NCBI RefSeq assembly: GCF_001194135.2
Contig: NC_068981.1
Coordinates: forward strand, 198,949,315-199,013,314
Length of the DNA stretch: 64,000 bases
Source: Octopus bimaculoides
Lineage: Eukaryota
Direction of reading: 5' to 3'
Part shown: piece by piece, positions 26,945-39,299 of the stretch
How positions within the stretch are numbered: the first letter of the stretch is position 1
How the letters are laid out: every line of letters begins with the position of its first letter
Made by a program: the position numbers and the translations under genes
The notes under the pieces: generated by a model
What the model was told of the DNA's origin: nothing
The model's database searches: none
Seen by the model: only the letters and a program-made list of their open reading frames with translations

Positions 26945-27180
26945 GGATGTAAAAAGCACACTCTGTAGAGTGGTTGGCATAAGGAAGGACATCCACTCAT
27001 AGAACCGATGCCAAAACAGATAATTGGAGGCTAGACAGCGCCTGTCAAACTGTCCAACCCATGCTGGCATGGGTTGGACAGTTTGACCAGAGGTGGCCAG
27101 CTGGAAGGCTGCACCAGACTCCAGTCTGATTTGGCAAAGGTTTCTACAGTAGGATGCCCTTCCTAATGCCAACCACTCTG
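26945..27180. repeat. Two RTE 3'-tail copies fused tail-to-tail as a fold-back
   Basis: Perfect 21-bp arms gtcaaactgtccaacccatgc / gcatgggttggacagtttgac at 27044-27087, with RTE-tail sequence running outward on both sides. Confidence 0.85.
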
Positions 27181-27385
27181 GTATATATATATCATCATCA
27201 TCCATGTTCTGTGCAATCATCATTGTTTCATGTCCAGGTTTCCAAGATACACCAAGACTGTCAAATACAAGGTTTCTTACCAGTTCAAATATGCTTGGGA
27301 CATATTTGGACCCGTAAGAAAGCCATTCGCATTTCACTGTATTTTGAGTCACGGAGAAAATTTCTCCCCATAGACAGTGGAAATA

Positions 27386-27598
27386 CAGTAATCCCTTACC
27401 ATATCGTGGCATATCATTTAAGCTTATGTTGATTACTCTGTAGCGTTGTTTTGCATTTATAATGAAATATATATATATATACAAATTATAAAAATAATTA
27501 AAAAAAATATACAGTAGAGTACTGTTTCTACTTTGTGGGTTTTCACCTATCGCAGAGGGTCTTGGAACATAACACCTGCGACATAAGAGGGATTACTG
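27386..27598. mobile_element. Tc1/mariner (Tigger/pogo-like) MITE
   Basis: Perfect TIRs CAGTAATCCCT / AGGGATTACTG flanked by a TA duplication (27384-27385 and 27599-27600). Confidence 0.85.
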
Positions 27599-28410
27599 TA
27601 CACCAAAATCAGCTTGCAGCACCCAAAGGATCACTCAATAGCTTTCAGTAAAACATCCCATTTATCTTTATCTTTTGATAGTGACATTGAAGTATTAGCT
27701 CAGTTGCTTTTCTCAAAAAGTCTGGTGAAAGTAAAACAAGTTGAAACTTGAAGGCCATTGCCAAAGTTTTCTTTGTGTGTGTGTGTGTGTGTGTGCGTAC
27801 ACACACTCTTAAGTGCATGTGATTGTATCTCTGAGTGTGTGTTCATGGTAACAGCAATCACGAAACTACTGTTATTGATGTTGCCTCCCGATTATTGCTT
27901 TGCAACTTAACTTAGCAGTTCAACATAAACAGAGATAGATAAAGTAGCAGACTAAAATAAAGAACAGAATTGCTAGGATGAACTCAAATGTATCCTTGAA
28001 GGAAGTGCTCCAGCATGGTCACAATCAAATGACTGGAAACAGCAAAAGACTAAAAGTGATTATTGCCAGAAGATATATTACCTGCTTGCAGGTATCTTAC
28101 CATGGTATCTTAAATAATTAAATGATTTAAGATACATCATTAATAATTAATTACAAGTAGCGCATAAACAATTAAATACTTACAAGTACATCATTAGTAA
28201 TTACATTACTGCAGGTACATTGTCAGTAATTAATGACAGGGATAACAAACCTACCAACAGATTTGTCTTGGGTATTGTTAATAAGTAAATGACAGGTAAA
28301 GAATGCAATTTCATTGTCACAGAATAAAGTTTTTTTGCAAAAAAAAAAAAATTTTCAATTTTACCTAATTATCTAAAAAAAAGGACAAGAAAATAAACAA
28401 ATTAAGATGA

Positions 28411-28785
28411 TCTTTTACATGTTTCAGTCATTGGACTGCGATCATGCTGGAGCACCACATTTAAGATTTCATGAAACAAATTGAACCTAATACTCAGTTT
28501 TAAGTTTGGTACTTATTTTGTCAGTCTGTTTTGCCAAACAGCTAAGTTATGGGGATGTAAACAAAGCAACACTGGTCGCCAAGTGGTTGGGGTTAAACAC
28601 ATAGATGCACACACACACACACACACATGACAGGTTCCTTTTCTGTTTCCATCTACCAAATCTACTCATGAGGCTTTGGATGGCCTGAGGCTATAGCAGA
28701 AGACACTTGCCCAAGGTGCCATGCAGTGGGACTGAACCGGGAATCATGTAATTGGGAAGCAAGCTTCTTACCCATACAGCCATGC
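28411..28785 (-). mobile_element. tRNA-derived SINE (family B)
   Basis: Colinear with 20213-20585. Confidence 0.8.
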
Positions 28786-28834
28786 TTGGACAGTAAGCCA
28801 CTTCTCCTTATTTGAAAGAGTGTTGGTGTAGATT

Positions 28835-29100
28835 CATCATCATCGTCATCGTTTAACGTCCACTTTCCATGCTGGCATGGGTTGGATGGTTTGACTGAGG
28901 GCTAGCAAGCCAGAAAGCTGCATCAGGCTCCAATCTGATCTGGCAGAGTTTCTACAGCTGGATGCCCTTCCTAATGCCAACCACTCCAAGAGTGTAGTCG
29001 GTGCTTTTTACATGCCACCGGCATGAGGCCCAGTCAGGTGCTACTGGCATTGACCACGCTTGAATGGTGATTTTTACGTGCCACCAGCACTGAAGCCAAA
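28835..29100 (-). mobile_element. RTE 3'UTR/tail copy, representative of ~25 copies in the window
   Basis: (CAT)n-CGTTTAACGTCCACTTTCCATGCTGGCATGGGTTGG...GGATGCCCTTCCTAATGCCAACCACTC. The same tail is attached to RTE ORF sequence at 1-2121 and 36318-37418. Other copies include 2405, 3110, 4005, 8280, 8520, 16810, 38312, 53950 and 56800. Confidence 0.85.
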
Positions 29101-29399
29101 TTGTATTTCCTATTTATTGCTACAAAACTGTTTTGTTTATTGACAACAGAAATTGAGAATTTATTACTGTATTAAGACAGTTAAAAATACAGAAAGTCTT
29201 TAAGTTTTGTTTTGTTTTGTTTTAACATCATCTCCTTCAAAATAGTCACCTTGCACAGCAATACACCAGTCCCAGTGTTCCTGCCATTTTTGGAATCTGG
29301 CTTGGTAGTTGTTTTCCATAAGCAAGTCAAGGACCTTCTGACCGTGCAACTGGTGCCTCTCCCATGAAAATCTCACCTGACAAATTCTGCTGCTCTGTT

Positions 29400-30100
29400 G
29401 TCATTGCAGCTAGAACTGGCAAGGAGTGGACTTACTTTGAGCTGAGGTGGTCAAACTACAAACTACAACGTTGTCTTCCATCTTCTTGACTACTGTGACA
29501 AGACCCTCAGAAAAGCTCTCACACAGATGTTTGGTATGCTGGCCTCCAGCAATGATTGAACAATCCTTAGTTACATTTAAGTCCCTGGCTGTCTGCCAAG
29601 AAAATGTGATGGTCACTCCTGTGCAGCTACAACAGATGTGCCAGGACTGGGACGAAAGTGTCAGGGCCTTCACTGCACGTCTTTGAGGGCAGGCATCTGC
29701 AACTTAAAGGTAGAATGGCCCTCGGAGGCCTGCCATGCCACGAATGATTACAGCAACATTATAGTCCATGATGCTCTTGTACATGTGTTGGAGGACGAGG
29801 AGATCTGCCTTGACTCCAAGCAAGACATAACCCTGGAAGAAGCCCTGAGTGGAAAAGACTCAGCCAGCCGGCTCATGGGCCACAGAACCAATTCAACCAG
29901 TGCAGCCTCCAGCTAGGCGTCAAGAGCGGCACCGCCTGGTCAATGAATCAGGTGAACCCTGTGATACATCTGCCCCTATCCCCTGCAGTCACTGTGGAAA
30001 ACATGGCTACGGATGTCAGGTACAGGAATGCATGAGGAAATGCCCCACCTACGACCACACGTGCACTATGTGTGGCATCCTGCATCACTATGAGAATGTT
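29400..30100 (+). mobile_element. Gypsy-type LTR retrotransposon gag relic
   Basis: EWTYFELRWSNYK, QDWDESVRAFTARL, DYSNIIVHDALV, EEICLD, CSHCGKHG and the knuckle CTMCGILHH. Frameshifted. Confidence 0.7.
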
Positions 30101-30346
30101 GTCCCTGTAGTTGTGGGGGCATTGGGAGCACCAACAACCAGGTTTGAGAAACTGGGATTGACATGAGGGTAGAACATGCTGAGAAAAATTTCTCTCTTGA
30201 GGACAGTGAGGATTTTGAGACTGGTACTTGGATGTTAAGTATGACGGAAAGGGACTCTATGAGGCCCTTGACAACAGGTTGTCATTTGCTCTGACAGAAT
30301 TATCCAGAGCAAGTAAAATTGAAATAATAATGATAATAATAATAAT
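30098..30346 (+). mobile_element. R4/Dong element 3' end (endonuclease C-terminus, 3'UTR, (AAT)n tail)
   Basis: VVPVVVGALG ... EKISLLRTVRILRLVLGC* (stop at 30236-30238), then a short UTR and (ATA)n. Confidence 0.8.
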
Positions 30347-31394
30347 GGTTGGGTAGAGAATACATGACAATAGTAGGAACGATGTCAAAGCCTTTGTCAT
30401 GTTGAATTAGAATTTGTTTAAAACACAATGAATGATGATGAGTCATAAAATAATGATATATGGACTGCCACGGACATCCAAATGATTAGAACTTTATGTC
30501 AATATACAAACAAGGTTATCAATTTAGCTCCCAGAATATGACCACCACAAATAAAGTAATTTGAATTAGAAGATTCTTGGAAATGTCTAGACTTTCAGCT
30601 GCTAAACAATAATATGTTAAATTTATTTCTGAAGCCATTATCAGAACAATGATGTCAGAAAGAGTTCAAAGAAAATATATCTTTGGAAAAACAATACCTA
30701 CATAATCCTGTTGGAAATATTTAGCTTTCATTTTCCAAAACGTATGCAATGGCATGCCTGAGTGAAATATCATTCAACCTGAAATCAACTTGAACTAATA
30801 TGGGGATCCTGCCTTCATCTGCATACTAAGGTGCATGTAACTTTAAAAAAACATCATCATCATTGTCATCATCACTTAACATCTGTGTTTCATGTTGGCA
30901 TGGGTCGGATGATTCCACTGGATTTAGTTCGGCTCAAGAACTGCACTGCACTACCAAATTTCTAAAACAGCTGGCATTAGGAAGGGCACCCAGCTGTGGA
31001 CAACATCTCAGAGTGTGCTGGGTGCCTTTTGTTGTGCACTTATAGGCCACCGTACAATTTGTTAGAGTATGGAACTTGAAAGATATGGAGAGTCTTATGT
31101 TAGGAGATAAGGGGGTTAAAGTATGAAAGAAGGATTCAGAGCAAAATAGAAGAGTTGCATGGTTACTTAGACTAGAAGAGAGGGTAGTGGTAAGGGGTCA
31201 GTGTAGAGCTTCAAGGTAAGGAGTAGAAGTAATTGGGGACAGAAGAACAGGGAGTGTGTGTAGGTAAAGATTACAAGAGTATAAGGGGAAATCGAGTGAT
31301 AGGGGAAGGGATGAACATAGTGAATGAAGAGCAAGTACAGAGACAAGAAATAAGGAAGACTGGGAGATAACTGTACAAAGTAGATCAGAGTGGG

Positions 31395-31913
31395 NNNNNN
31401 NNNNNNNNNNNNNNNNNNNNNNNNNNNNNNNNNNNNNNNNNNNNNNNNNNNNNNNNNNNNNNNNNNNNNNNNNNNNNNNNNNNNNNNNNNNNNNNNNNNN
31501 NNNNNNNNNNNNNNNNNNNNNNNNNNNNNNNNNNNNNNNNNNNNNNNNNNNNNNNNNNNNNNNNNNNNNNNNNNNNNNNNNNNNNNNNNNNNNNNNNNNN
31601 NNNNNNNNNNNNNNNNNNNNNNNNNNNNNNNNNNNNNNNNNNNNNNNNNNNNNNNNNNNNNNNNNNNNNNNNNNNNNNNNNNNNNNNNNNNNNNNNNNNN
31701 NNNNNNNNNNNNNNNNNNNNNNNNNNNNNNNNNNNNNNNNNNNNNNNNNNNNNNNNNNNNNNNNNNNNNNNNNNNNNNNNNNNNNNNNNNNNNNNNNNNN
31801 NNNNNNNNNNNNNNNNNNNNNNNNNNNNNNNNNNNNNNNNNNNNNNNNNNNNNNNNNNNNNNNNNNNNNNNNNNNNNNNNNNNNNNNNNNNNNNNNNNNN
31901 NNNNNNNNNNNNN
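31395..31913. other. Assembly gap (others near 9623, 10572, 14122-14191, 36555-37103, 47585-47930)
   Basis: N runs, mostly adjacent to microsatellites or young repeats. Confidence 0.98.
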
Positions 31914-31947
<34 letters not shown>

Positions 31948-31952
31948 TGTGT

Positions 31953-32031
<79 letters not shown>

Positions 32032-32592
32032 CATATATGCATACATACATATACATACATATACATACATATATATATACATATATATATACGTGGATGT
32101 TGTGTTGGAACAAACTGTACTGTGCTTGTGGGCATGAGAGAAACTCTCGTATTGCACTTTTGTTTATATTACTAGTTGGGAGATAAAGACACCTGCAGAT
32201 CATGCAATTTCGGACTTCCGCTAATGATGGACACTTAACTGCTAGAAATAGCAAGGACTCATTCCTGCCACCAGAGAATAAAAAAGTGCCAGAACAAGTG
32301 CTGGTGTCGTGATGATTAACCAGTTTGCTCGTTAGCAAAAGAGGCAGTATTAATACTGAGAGGTAATATTTATCCCCACTCAAAAGTGGATGTTTCGTTA
32401 GAACAAACTATACTGTGCTAGGTACCACGAGAGAGACTCTCAGATTGGCTTCTGGTACAAAATGCAGGCTTCTTTATATCACTAACAGAGAGATAAATAC
32501 CCACCACCTCCAACAATGAGACCACCAAACCTTGCAATTTCGACCTTCCTTCATCTTGTCAATCCAATATATATACATATATATATATATAA

Positions 32593-32995
32593 GACCCGGC
32601 AAGCCAAGTAAGATCGTTGCCAGTGCCCCTGGACTGGCTCTTGTGCGGGTGGCACATGAGATGCACCATTTTGAGCGTGGCCGTTGCCAGTACCGCCTGA
32701 CTGGCTCCCGTAGGATTTTCGAGTGAGATTGTTGCCAGTGCCCCTGGACTGGCTTGTGCGGGTGGCACATAAAAGACACCATTTCGAGCGTGGCCGTTTT
32801 CGTGCGGGTGACACGTAAAAGCACCCACTACACTCTCTGAGTGGTTGGCATTAGGAAGGGCATCCAGCTGTAGAAACTCTGCCAAATCAGACTGGAGCCT
32901 GGTGTTGCCATCCGGTTTCACCAGTCCTCAGTCAAATCGTCCAACCCATGCTAGCATGGAAAGCGGACGTTAAACGATGATGATGATGATGATGA
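32593..32995 (+). mobile_element. Young RTE 3'UTR copy with internal tandem subrepeats
   Basis: CpG-rich, with a duplicated GTTGCCAGTGCCCCTGGACTGGCT...GTGCGGGTGGCACAT block. Ends CCATGCTAGCATGGAAAGCGGACGTTAAAC(GAT)n. Confidence 0.85.
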
Positions 32996-34645
32996 TATAT
33001 ATACAAGGGAAATCCATAAAGCAAAATGACAGAAACAATTGGCAGCACCAAAGCAATGTAACATATTCTTCAATTAATCTATTTGGATAGCCTAACACAT
33101 TATCTTTGGATTGGTTTTAGATCTGTTAACATCTGCTTACATCTGTCCCCTTCTATAACATTGCTATCCCTCTACTCCCTACCTCCCCATTGTTTACAAA
33201 CCCCTCACTAAAACCATGATACTGACTGCCCCACCCCACATACTTGAAATATTTTCATTGTGATTTTCGTATTATGTTATTGAAATATTTTCATTGGATC
33301 AAAGTAGTACAAGTTGCTCCACATGCAAACAAAGCTGCCTCGATATGCTAGTAATAGAAAGCTAATCTTCTTCAAATTGCATAAATATCATTGGATAATG
33401 TATTCTTAACTGTATTATGATTGAAAGTAAAAACATGTTGGTCACGACTGAACAAATCAGCCTGATGAGGGATAACCTGGGGCTAAACAAGAACAACCCT
33501 TGTGAACACAAAGTCTCATTCTACCCTTATTCTAAACCCACCTTGTTTTATAAATAAGATTCATGTCATTGTCACCTATAAAAACCAATATTATTTTCAC
33601 ACGTTTTACTTGTAAAATATCAAAACTGTGAAATCAATTGAAAATGTTTCAAAATTCCTGAATAATTATCAAATTTATATTTAGTTATTGTTTACAAATA
33701 TACAGCAACTAATATTATCTCTAAAGATAAACTCTGTTTAATATTCAAAATAAATGTGAGCCCCCTCCCACTCACCCACCCACTGACCGAAATAGATAAT
33801 ACACTAACTACTTTAATGTGTTGTCACATTCCACTGCCTACATTAATGATGGAATCACAATGTAAAGTTCTAAGAAAGATAAAGAATTTGCTACGGAGGG
33901 AATAGAAAAGTTATAATTGTAAAGTATTGCCCAGTTTTAATTCCAGCAGCTGTACAGGTCAGACCTCACCAAAATGCCAAGGTCACAGCAACACTTCTCA
34001 TGACTTCATTTATATTTATAGATATAATTCTATTAAAGTATAAAAAGAAAACAACTGCAGCAAAATTTAGTCTTACTTAAATATAACTCCATCATGGCCA
34101 CAACATGCTGGCCAGTGTAGTTTATTTGAATATAAAAGCATTGGCTGAAAGTGTTCAGGATAGGCTCCCACTTCCCTCTTTACCAGTGTTGGAAAGCCAT
34201 GAGAAGCAGGTCACCAGTGCAGCTGACTAAACAAGACAAGACAAAACTGTAATTATGCTAACTGATGTAGCAAGTCTATTGTAGCAGCTAATTATAAAGG
34301 CAATTGTACTTCATATGAATCTGTAATAAGATGTCAGCAGTGAGTGGAGCTGAAATCCTGTCTCCATCCATGAAACAGGCTTAAAAGTATTCCTGTTGAT
34401 TGATCTCTGATATTGCTCCCTGGTTGTACATAGGGAGCAACATTATCAATCAAATGAAACAGAATCAATAATGAAAAGTAAGGCAATATTTCATCAGTCA
34501 TCAATCAAGTTGCTAGGTTTTGTTTTAAGCTTCAACTGCTAAAATGTGAAACGATCCAATGCTGTAAAGTTTCAAATATGGAGACAGTGTGTCACACACT
34601 CCCTGTTCTGTTTACAGAACTATTGTGGATTTATACAAAAGAGGG

Positions 34646-35225
34646 GCTGCATGGTAAGAAGTTTGCTTCCTAACCACGTGATTCCAGGTTCAGTCCTACT
34701 GCACAATGCCCTGGCCAAGAGGATTTGGTAGACAGAAACTGAAAGAAGCCTCAAGAAATTTTCAAGGTGACAAGCTAGCAGAAACGTTAGCATGCCAGGC
34801 GAAATGCTTAGCGGTATTTTGTCTGCTGTTACGTTCTGAGTTCAAATTCCGCCGAGGTCGACTTTGCCTTTCATCCTTTCGGGGTCGATAAATTAAGTAC
34901 CAGTTACGCACTGGGGTCAATGTAATTGACTTAACCCCTTTGTCTGTCCCCTCTATGTTTAGCCCGTTGTGGGCAATAAAGAAATAGGAAACTGAGAGAG
35001 GCCCGTCATATGCATGTATGTGTGTGTCTGTGTTTGTTCTCCACTATTGCTAGACAACCAATGTTGGTTTGTTCATGGCCTTGTAAGTTAGCATTTCAGC
35101 TAAAAGACTGATAAAATAAGTGCCAGGTTTCAAAATAAGTACTGGGGTTGATTCGTTTCACAAAGCCCTTCAAGGTGGTGCCCCAGCACGGCCAGAGTCT
35201 GATGACTGAAACAAGTAAGAGATAA
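34646..35225 (+). mobile_element. Family B SINE interrupted by a family A SINE (34751-34987)
   Basis: A ~16-bp duplication, GAAACTGAAAGAAGCC (34735-34750) / GAAACTGAGAGAGGCC (34988-35003), flanks the inner element. Confidence 0.8.
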
Positions 35226-35609
35226 CGGATAAAACTCGGACATGTTGCGAATAGAAACGAGCAGAGAAGTCTGTATATTATAAAATATAGTTGTACAAGT
35301 TAGAAGTCAGTCATCTTCATATTATTGAAGAGACAGTAAGAAATCGAAAGTTGAACCAACAACAGAGCCTTTATGTACCAGCTTGAACTGCTAGAAACAG
35401 CAGCTAGCAAATCTCTCACAAATCAAACTATCAACAAAAAATAAACCAAACGAAAAACATCTTATTGGATAAAGTAGTACTGGATACAATATTTCAAGAA
35501 AGGAAAACACAGGATGGTCGTGGCTGGAACAATCTTGATCACAGATCTGCCAGTTTGCTTCTACTGAGTTAAGCTCATTCATATTTGCAGATCTTATTGG
35601 AAAGTAAGG

Positions 35610-36130
35610 CAGCAAGCTAGGAGAATCATCATTAACCAGCAGAAACAGGCAGGGGCATTCTATCTGCCTTTACGTTCTGAGATCAAATCCTGCTGAGGCT
35701 GACTTTACAATAAGTGCCTGTTGAACAGTGGGGTCAATGTAACTGACATCCTCTCCCTTAAAATTGCTGGCCTTGTGCCAAAGTTTGAAACCAATATCGT
35801 ATTGAAATGTAAAGCAGAAAGATGGTAGAATCGTAAGCCTTTTGTCCATCTTTACGTTATGAGTTCAAATTCTGCCAAAGTCGACTTTGCCTTTCTTCCT
35901 TTCGAGGTCACTAAAATAAGTACCAGCTGAGTACTGTGGTCCATGTAATCGACTTACCCCCAGGACTTGCTGGCCTTGTGCCAAAAATCTGAAACCAATA
36001 TTTAAGGTGGTGAGCGGGCACAATGGGCAAAATGCTTAGGGGCATTTCGTCTGTCTTCATGTTCTGAGTTCAAATTCTGCCAACATCAACTTTGCCTTTC
36101 ATCTTCTCAGGGTCGATAAAATAAGTCCCA
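35610..36130 (+). mobile_element. Three further family A SINE copies in tandem
   Basis: Repeated TTTACGTTCTGAGTTCAAAT...GACTTT...AATAAGTACCAG...GCTGGCCTTGTGCCAAA units. Confidence 0.75.
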
Positions 36131-36317
36131 GTCAATATCTCTGTCACTCATTATTGAAACATTGGTACTAATGGCAGCATTAGTGCCAATGTTTTGATAA
36201 TGGGGGATAGAAATATTGACCTTTTCCAAAACTAACTGACCCAAAAGAAATCAGTTTTTATGGTTATACAACCAATGATCAGGTGGGCTGGATTTTTTTC
36301 ATTTTATGAGAACTGTG

Positions 36318-37418
36318 ATCATCATCATCATCATCATCGTTTAACGTCCGCTTTCCATGCTAGCATGGGTTGGACGATTTGACTGAGGACTGGTGAAACC
36401 GGATGGCAACACCAGGCTCCAATCTAATTTGGCAGAGTTTCTACAGCTGGATGCCCTTCCTAAAGCCAACCACTCAGAGAGTGTAGTGGGTGCTTTTACG
36501 TGTCACCCGCACAAAAACGGCCACGCTCGAAATGGTGTCTTTTATGTGCCACCCNNNNNNNNNNNNNNNNNNNNNNNNNNNNNNNNNNNNNNNNNNNNNN
36601 NNNNNNNNNNNNNNNNNNNNNNNNNNNNNNNNNNNNNNNNNNNNNNNNNNNNNNNNNNNNNNNNNNNNNNNNNNNNNNNNNNNNNNNNNNNNNNNNNNNN
36701 NNNNNNNNNNNNNNNNNNNNNNNNNNNNNNNNNNNNNNNNNNNNNNNNNNNNNNNNNNNNNNNNNNNNNNNNNNNNNNNNNNNNNNNNNNNNNNNNNNNN
36801 NNNNNNNNNNNNNNNNNNNNNNNNNNNNNNNNNNNNNNNNNNNNNNNNNNNNNNNNNNNNNNNNNNNNNNNNNNNNNNNNNNNNNNNNNNNNNNNNNNNN
36901 NNNNNNNNNNNNNNNNNNNNNNNNNNNNNNNNNNNNNNNNNNNNNNNNNNNNNNNNNNNNNNNNNNNNNNNNNNNNNNNNNNNNNNNNNNNNNNNNNNNN
37001 NNNNNNNNNNNNNNNNNNNNNNNNNNNNNNNNNNNNNNNNNNNNNNNNNNNNNNNNNNNNNNNNNNNNNNNNNNNNNNNNNNNNNNNNNNNNNNNNNNNN
37101 NNNCAGTCTGCCTTTTACTCTGAGTGAGAGTCCCTTTGTCGCCAGCAGGGGTAAGAGCTCTCTAAACTTTGCCCAGGCTATTCTTATTCTAGCAGCTACA
37201 CTTTCAGCGCACCCACCCCCACTACTAACTTGGTCGCCCAGATAGCGGAAGCTATCGACTACCTCTAGTTTTTCACCCTGGAATGAGATAGAAGTTGTTT
37301 CCTGTTTGTTTACAGTCTTTATTGCACCTGAACATCTGCCACAAACAAAAACTAACTTGCTAGTTAACCTGCCTTTGATGTTGCTGCACCTCTTATGTGT
37401 CCATAGCTTGCACCGGGT
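36318..37418 (-). mobile_element. Young 5'-truncated RTE LINE (middle lost in gap 36555-37103)
   Basis: Uninterrupted TRCKLWTHKRC...FVCGRC...LEVVDSFRYLGDQVSSGGGC...AWAKFRELLPLLATKGLSLRVKGRL on one side of the gap, and the 3' tail on the other. Confidence 0.85.
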
Positions 37419-38061
37419 AGTGAGGGAGATTTGGTTGCTATTTCTAATAAGTGAAGAAATCACCTAGAAGCTCCTTCATTGATCTAATTCATATCAGACA
37501 ATGTTATGTGAAAAGTTGAGCTAATGAAACCTCTACCTCCCAAACTGGAAATCAATCAAATTTATTATCTCAGCTCAGCAAAACTGTTCCTAGAGGAAGG
37601 CATTGCTATTTTCATCTTAATCCTCATCAAAAATTCAATTCTGTTGTAAATATTTAAAACCTACACCATTTAAATAATACTAGAGGCAAATTTCCCCTGA
37701 ACTCGTTAAACAGCTCAAGATAAAGCCTATGTTAATTTCTATAATGAGGTGCTTAAGAGGTCCAACTAAAGGTTTAACCAGCAGAGGGAATGATCTCACA
37801 GATTAATGGCACTGATTTCAGCTTTAAGAGCTGTTCTGTGGATGGTGGATACACCTTACTCTTTGTTTCTTCTTTCAACTAACTTCCAGATCCAGATCTA
37901 CTTACAGTTTTTGTGGGATTAACAGATTAACTGCTTAAGCTAGTTCATTAGGCACGTGTTAGCAAATATAATGCTTATCAAAACAGCCAAGCTAACTGAC
38001 AAAAATGGAGCGAGATCTCTGAAACTCTCCCGCATACATTCATCTGTATGGATAAACAAAC

Positions 38062-38143
38062 ACACACATATGTATGTATGTATGTATGTATGTATATATA
38101 CATACGCATATATAAACACACACACACACAAATGTATGCATGT

Positions 38144-38176
<33 letters not shown>

Positions 38177-38238
38177 CACAAATATATATACACACACACA
38201 CAAATGTATGTATATACACATATATATATATACACACA

Positions 38239-38271
<33 letters not shown>

Positions 38272-38281
38272 CACACACACA

Positions 38282-38310
<29 letters not shown>
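38062..38310. repeat. Compound (TA)n/(CA)n/(TATG)n microsatellite
   Basis: Direct inspection. Confidence 0.95.
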
Positions 38311-38313
<3 letters not shown>

Positions 38314-38950
38314 GCTGGCATGGGTCGGACGATTTGACTGGGGTGTGGGAAGCCAGGAGGCTGCACCAGGCTCCAATCTGATCTGGCAGTGTTTCTACAG
38401 ATGGATGCACTTCCTAACGCCAATCACTCCAAGAGTGTAGTGGGTGCTTTTTTATGTGCCACTGACACAAGGGGCCAGAGGAGCTGGCATCAACCACGAT
38501 CAGATGGTGCTTTTTATGTGCCACCAGCATGGAAGCCAGTCGAGGTGGCACCGGCATTGGCCACGTTCAGATGGTGCTTTTTACGTGCTACTGGCATGGG
38601 GCTCACAACTACAATTTCCATTTGATTTGATTTTGATATTGCTGATGATGATGATATACATATATATATATATACATACATACATACACACACACGTAAA
38701 TATATGTATGTGTATGTTTGTAGTTACCTGCTCTGAGTTGATCCAATATATGACATTTTTGAATGTCAGAATATTTTCAAAATAACTGTTTCCTTTTTAA
38801 ATTAGGGACCCAATTTCAAATAACGCAGATATGTGTGTGTGTGTGTGTTGCCTAATCTGTGTTGACCATTAGAGCAAAGGTCATGCTGGAGCATTGCCTA
38901 AGTATGTTCGTGTTGTTTGAGAGTACGTGTATTTATGAATGTATGTGTGT

Positions 38951-38972
38951 ACAGGCAGGCAGGCAGGCAGGC

Positions 38973-39021
<49 letters not shown>

Positions 39022-39252
39022 GGCAGACAGATAGGTAGACAGACAGACAGGCAGATAGATAGATAGACAGACAGACAAACAGACAGACAGATAGACAGAC
39101 AGACAGACAGATAGATAGATAGACAGACAGGCAGATAGATAGATAGACAGACAGACAGGCAGATAGATAGATAGACAGACAGACAGGCAGATAGACAGAC
39201 AGACAGACAGGCAGATAGATAGGCAGACAGACAGACAGACAGATAGATAGAT
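38951..39252. repeat. Compound (GACA)n/(GATA)n/(GGCA)n microsatellite
   Basis: Direct inspection. Confidence 0.95.
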
Positions 39253-39299
39253 GTACACACACGTCTATATATGTAAAACACCATTAATATCTACCAAAT

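Noticed and set aside
31167-32383. 260-330-aa ORFs
   Set aside because: Mostly X from an assembly gap plus (TG)n/(TA)n repeats. The same applies to 36393-37245 and 47491-48091.
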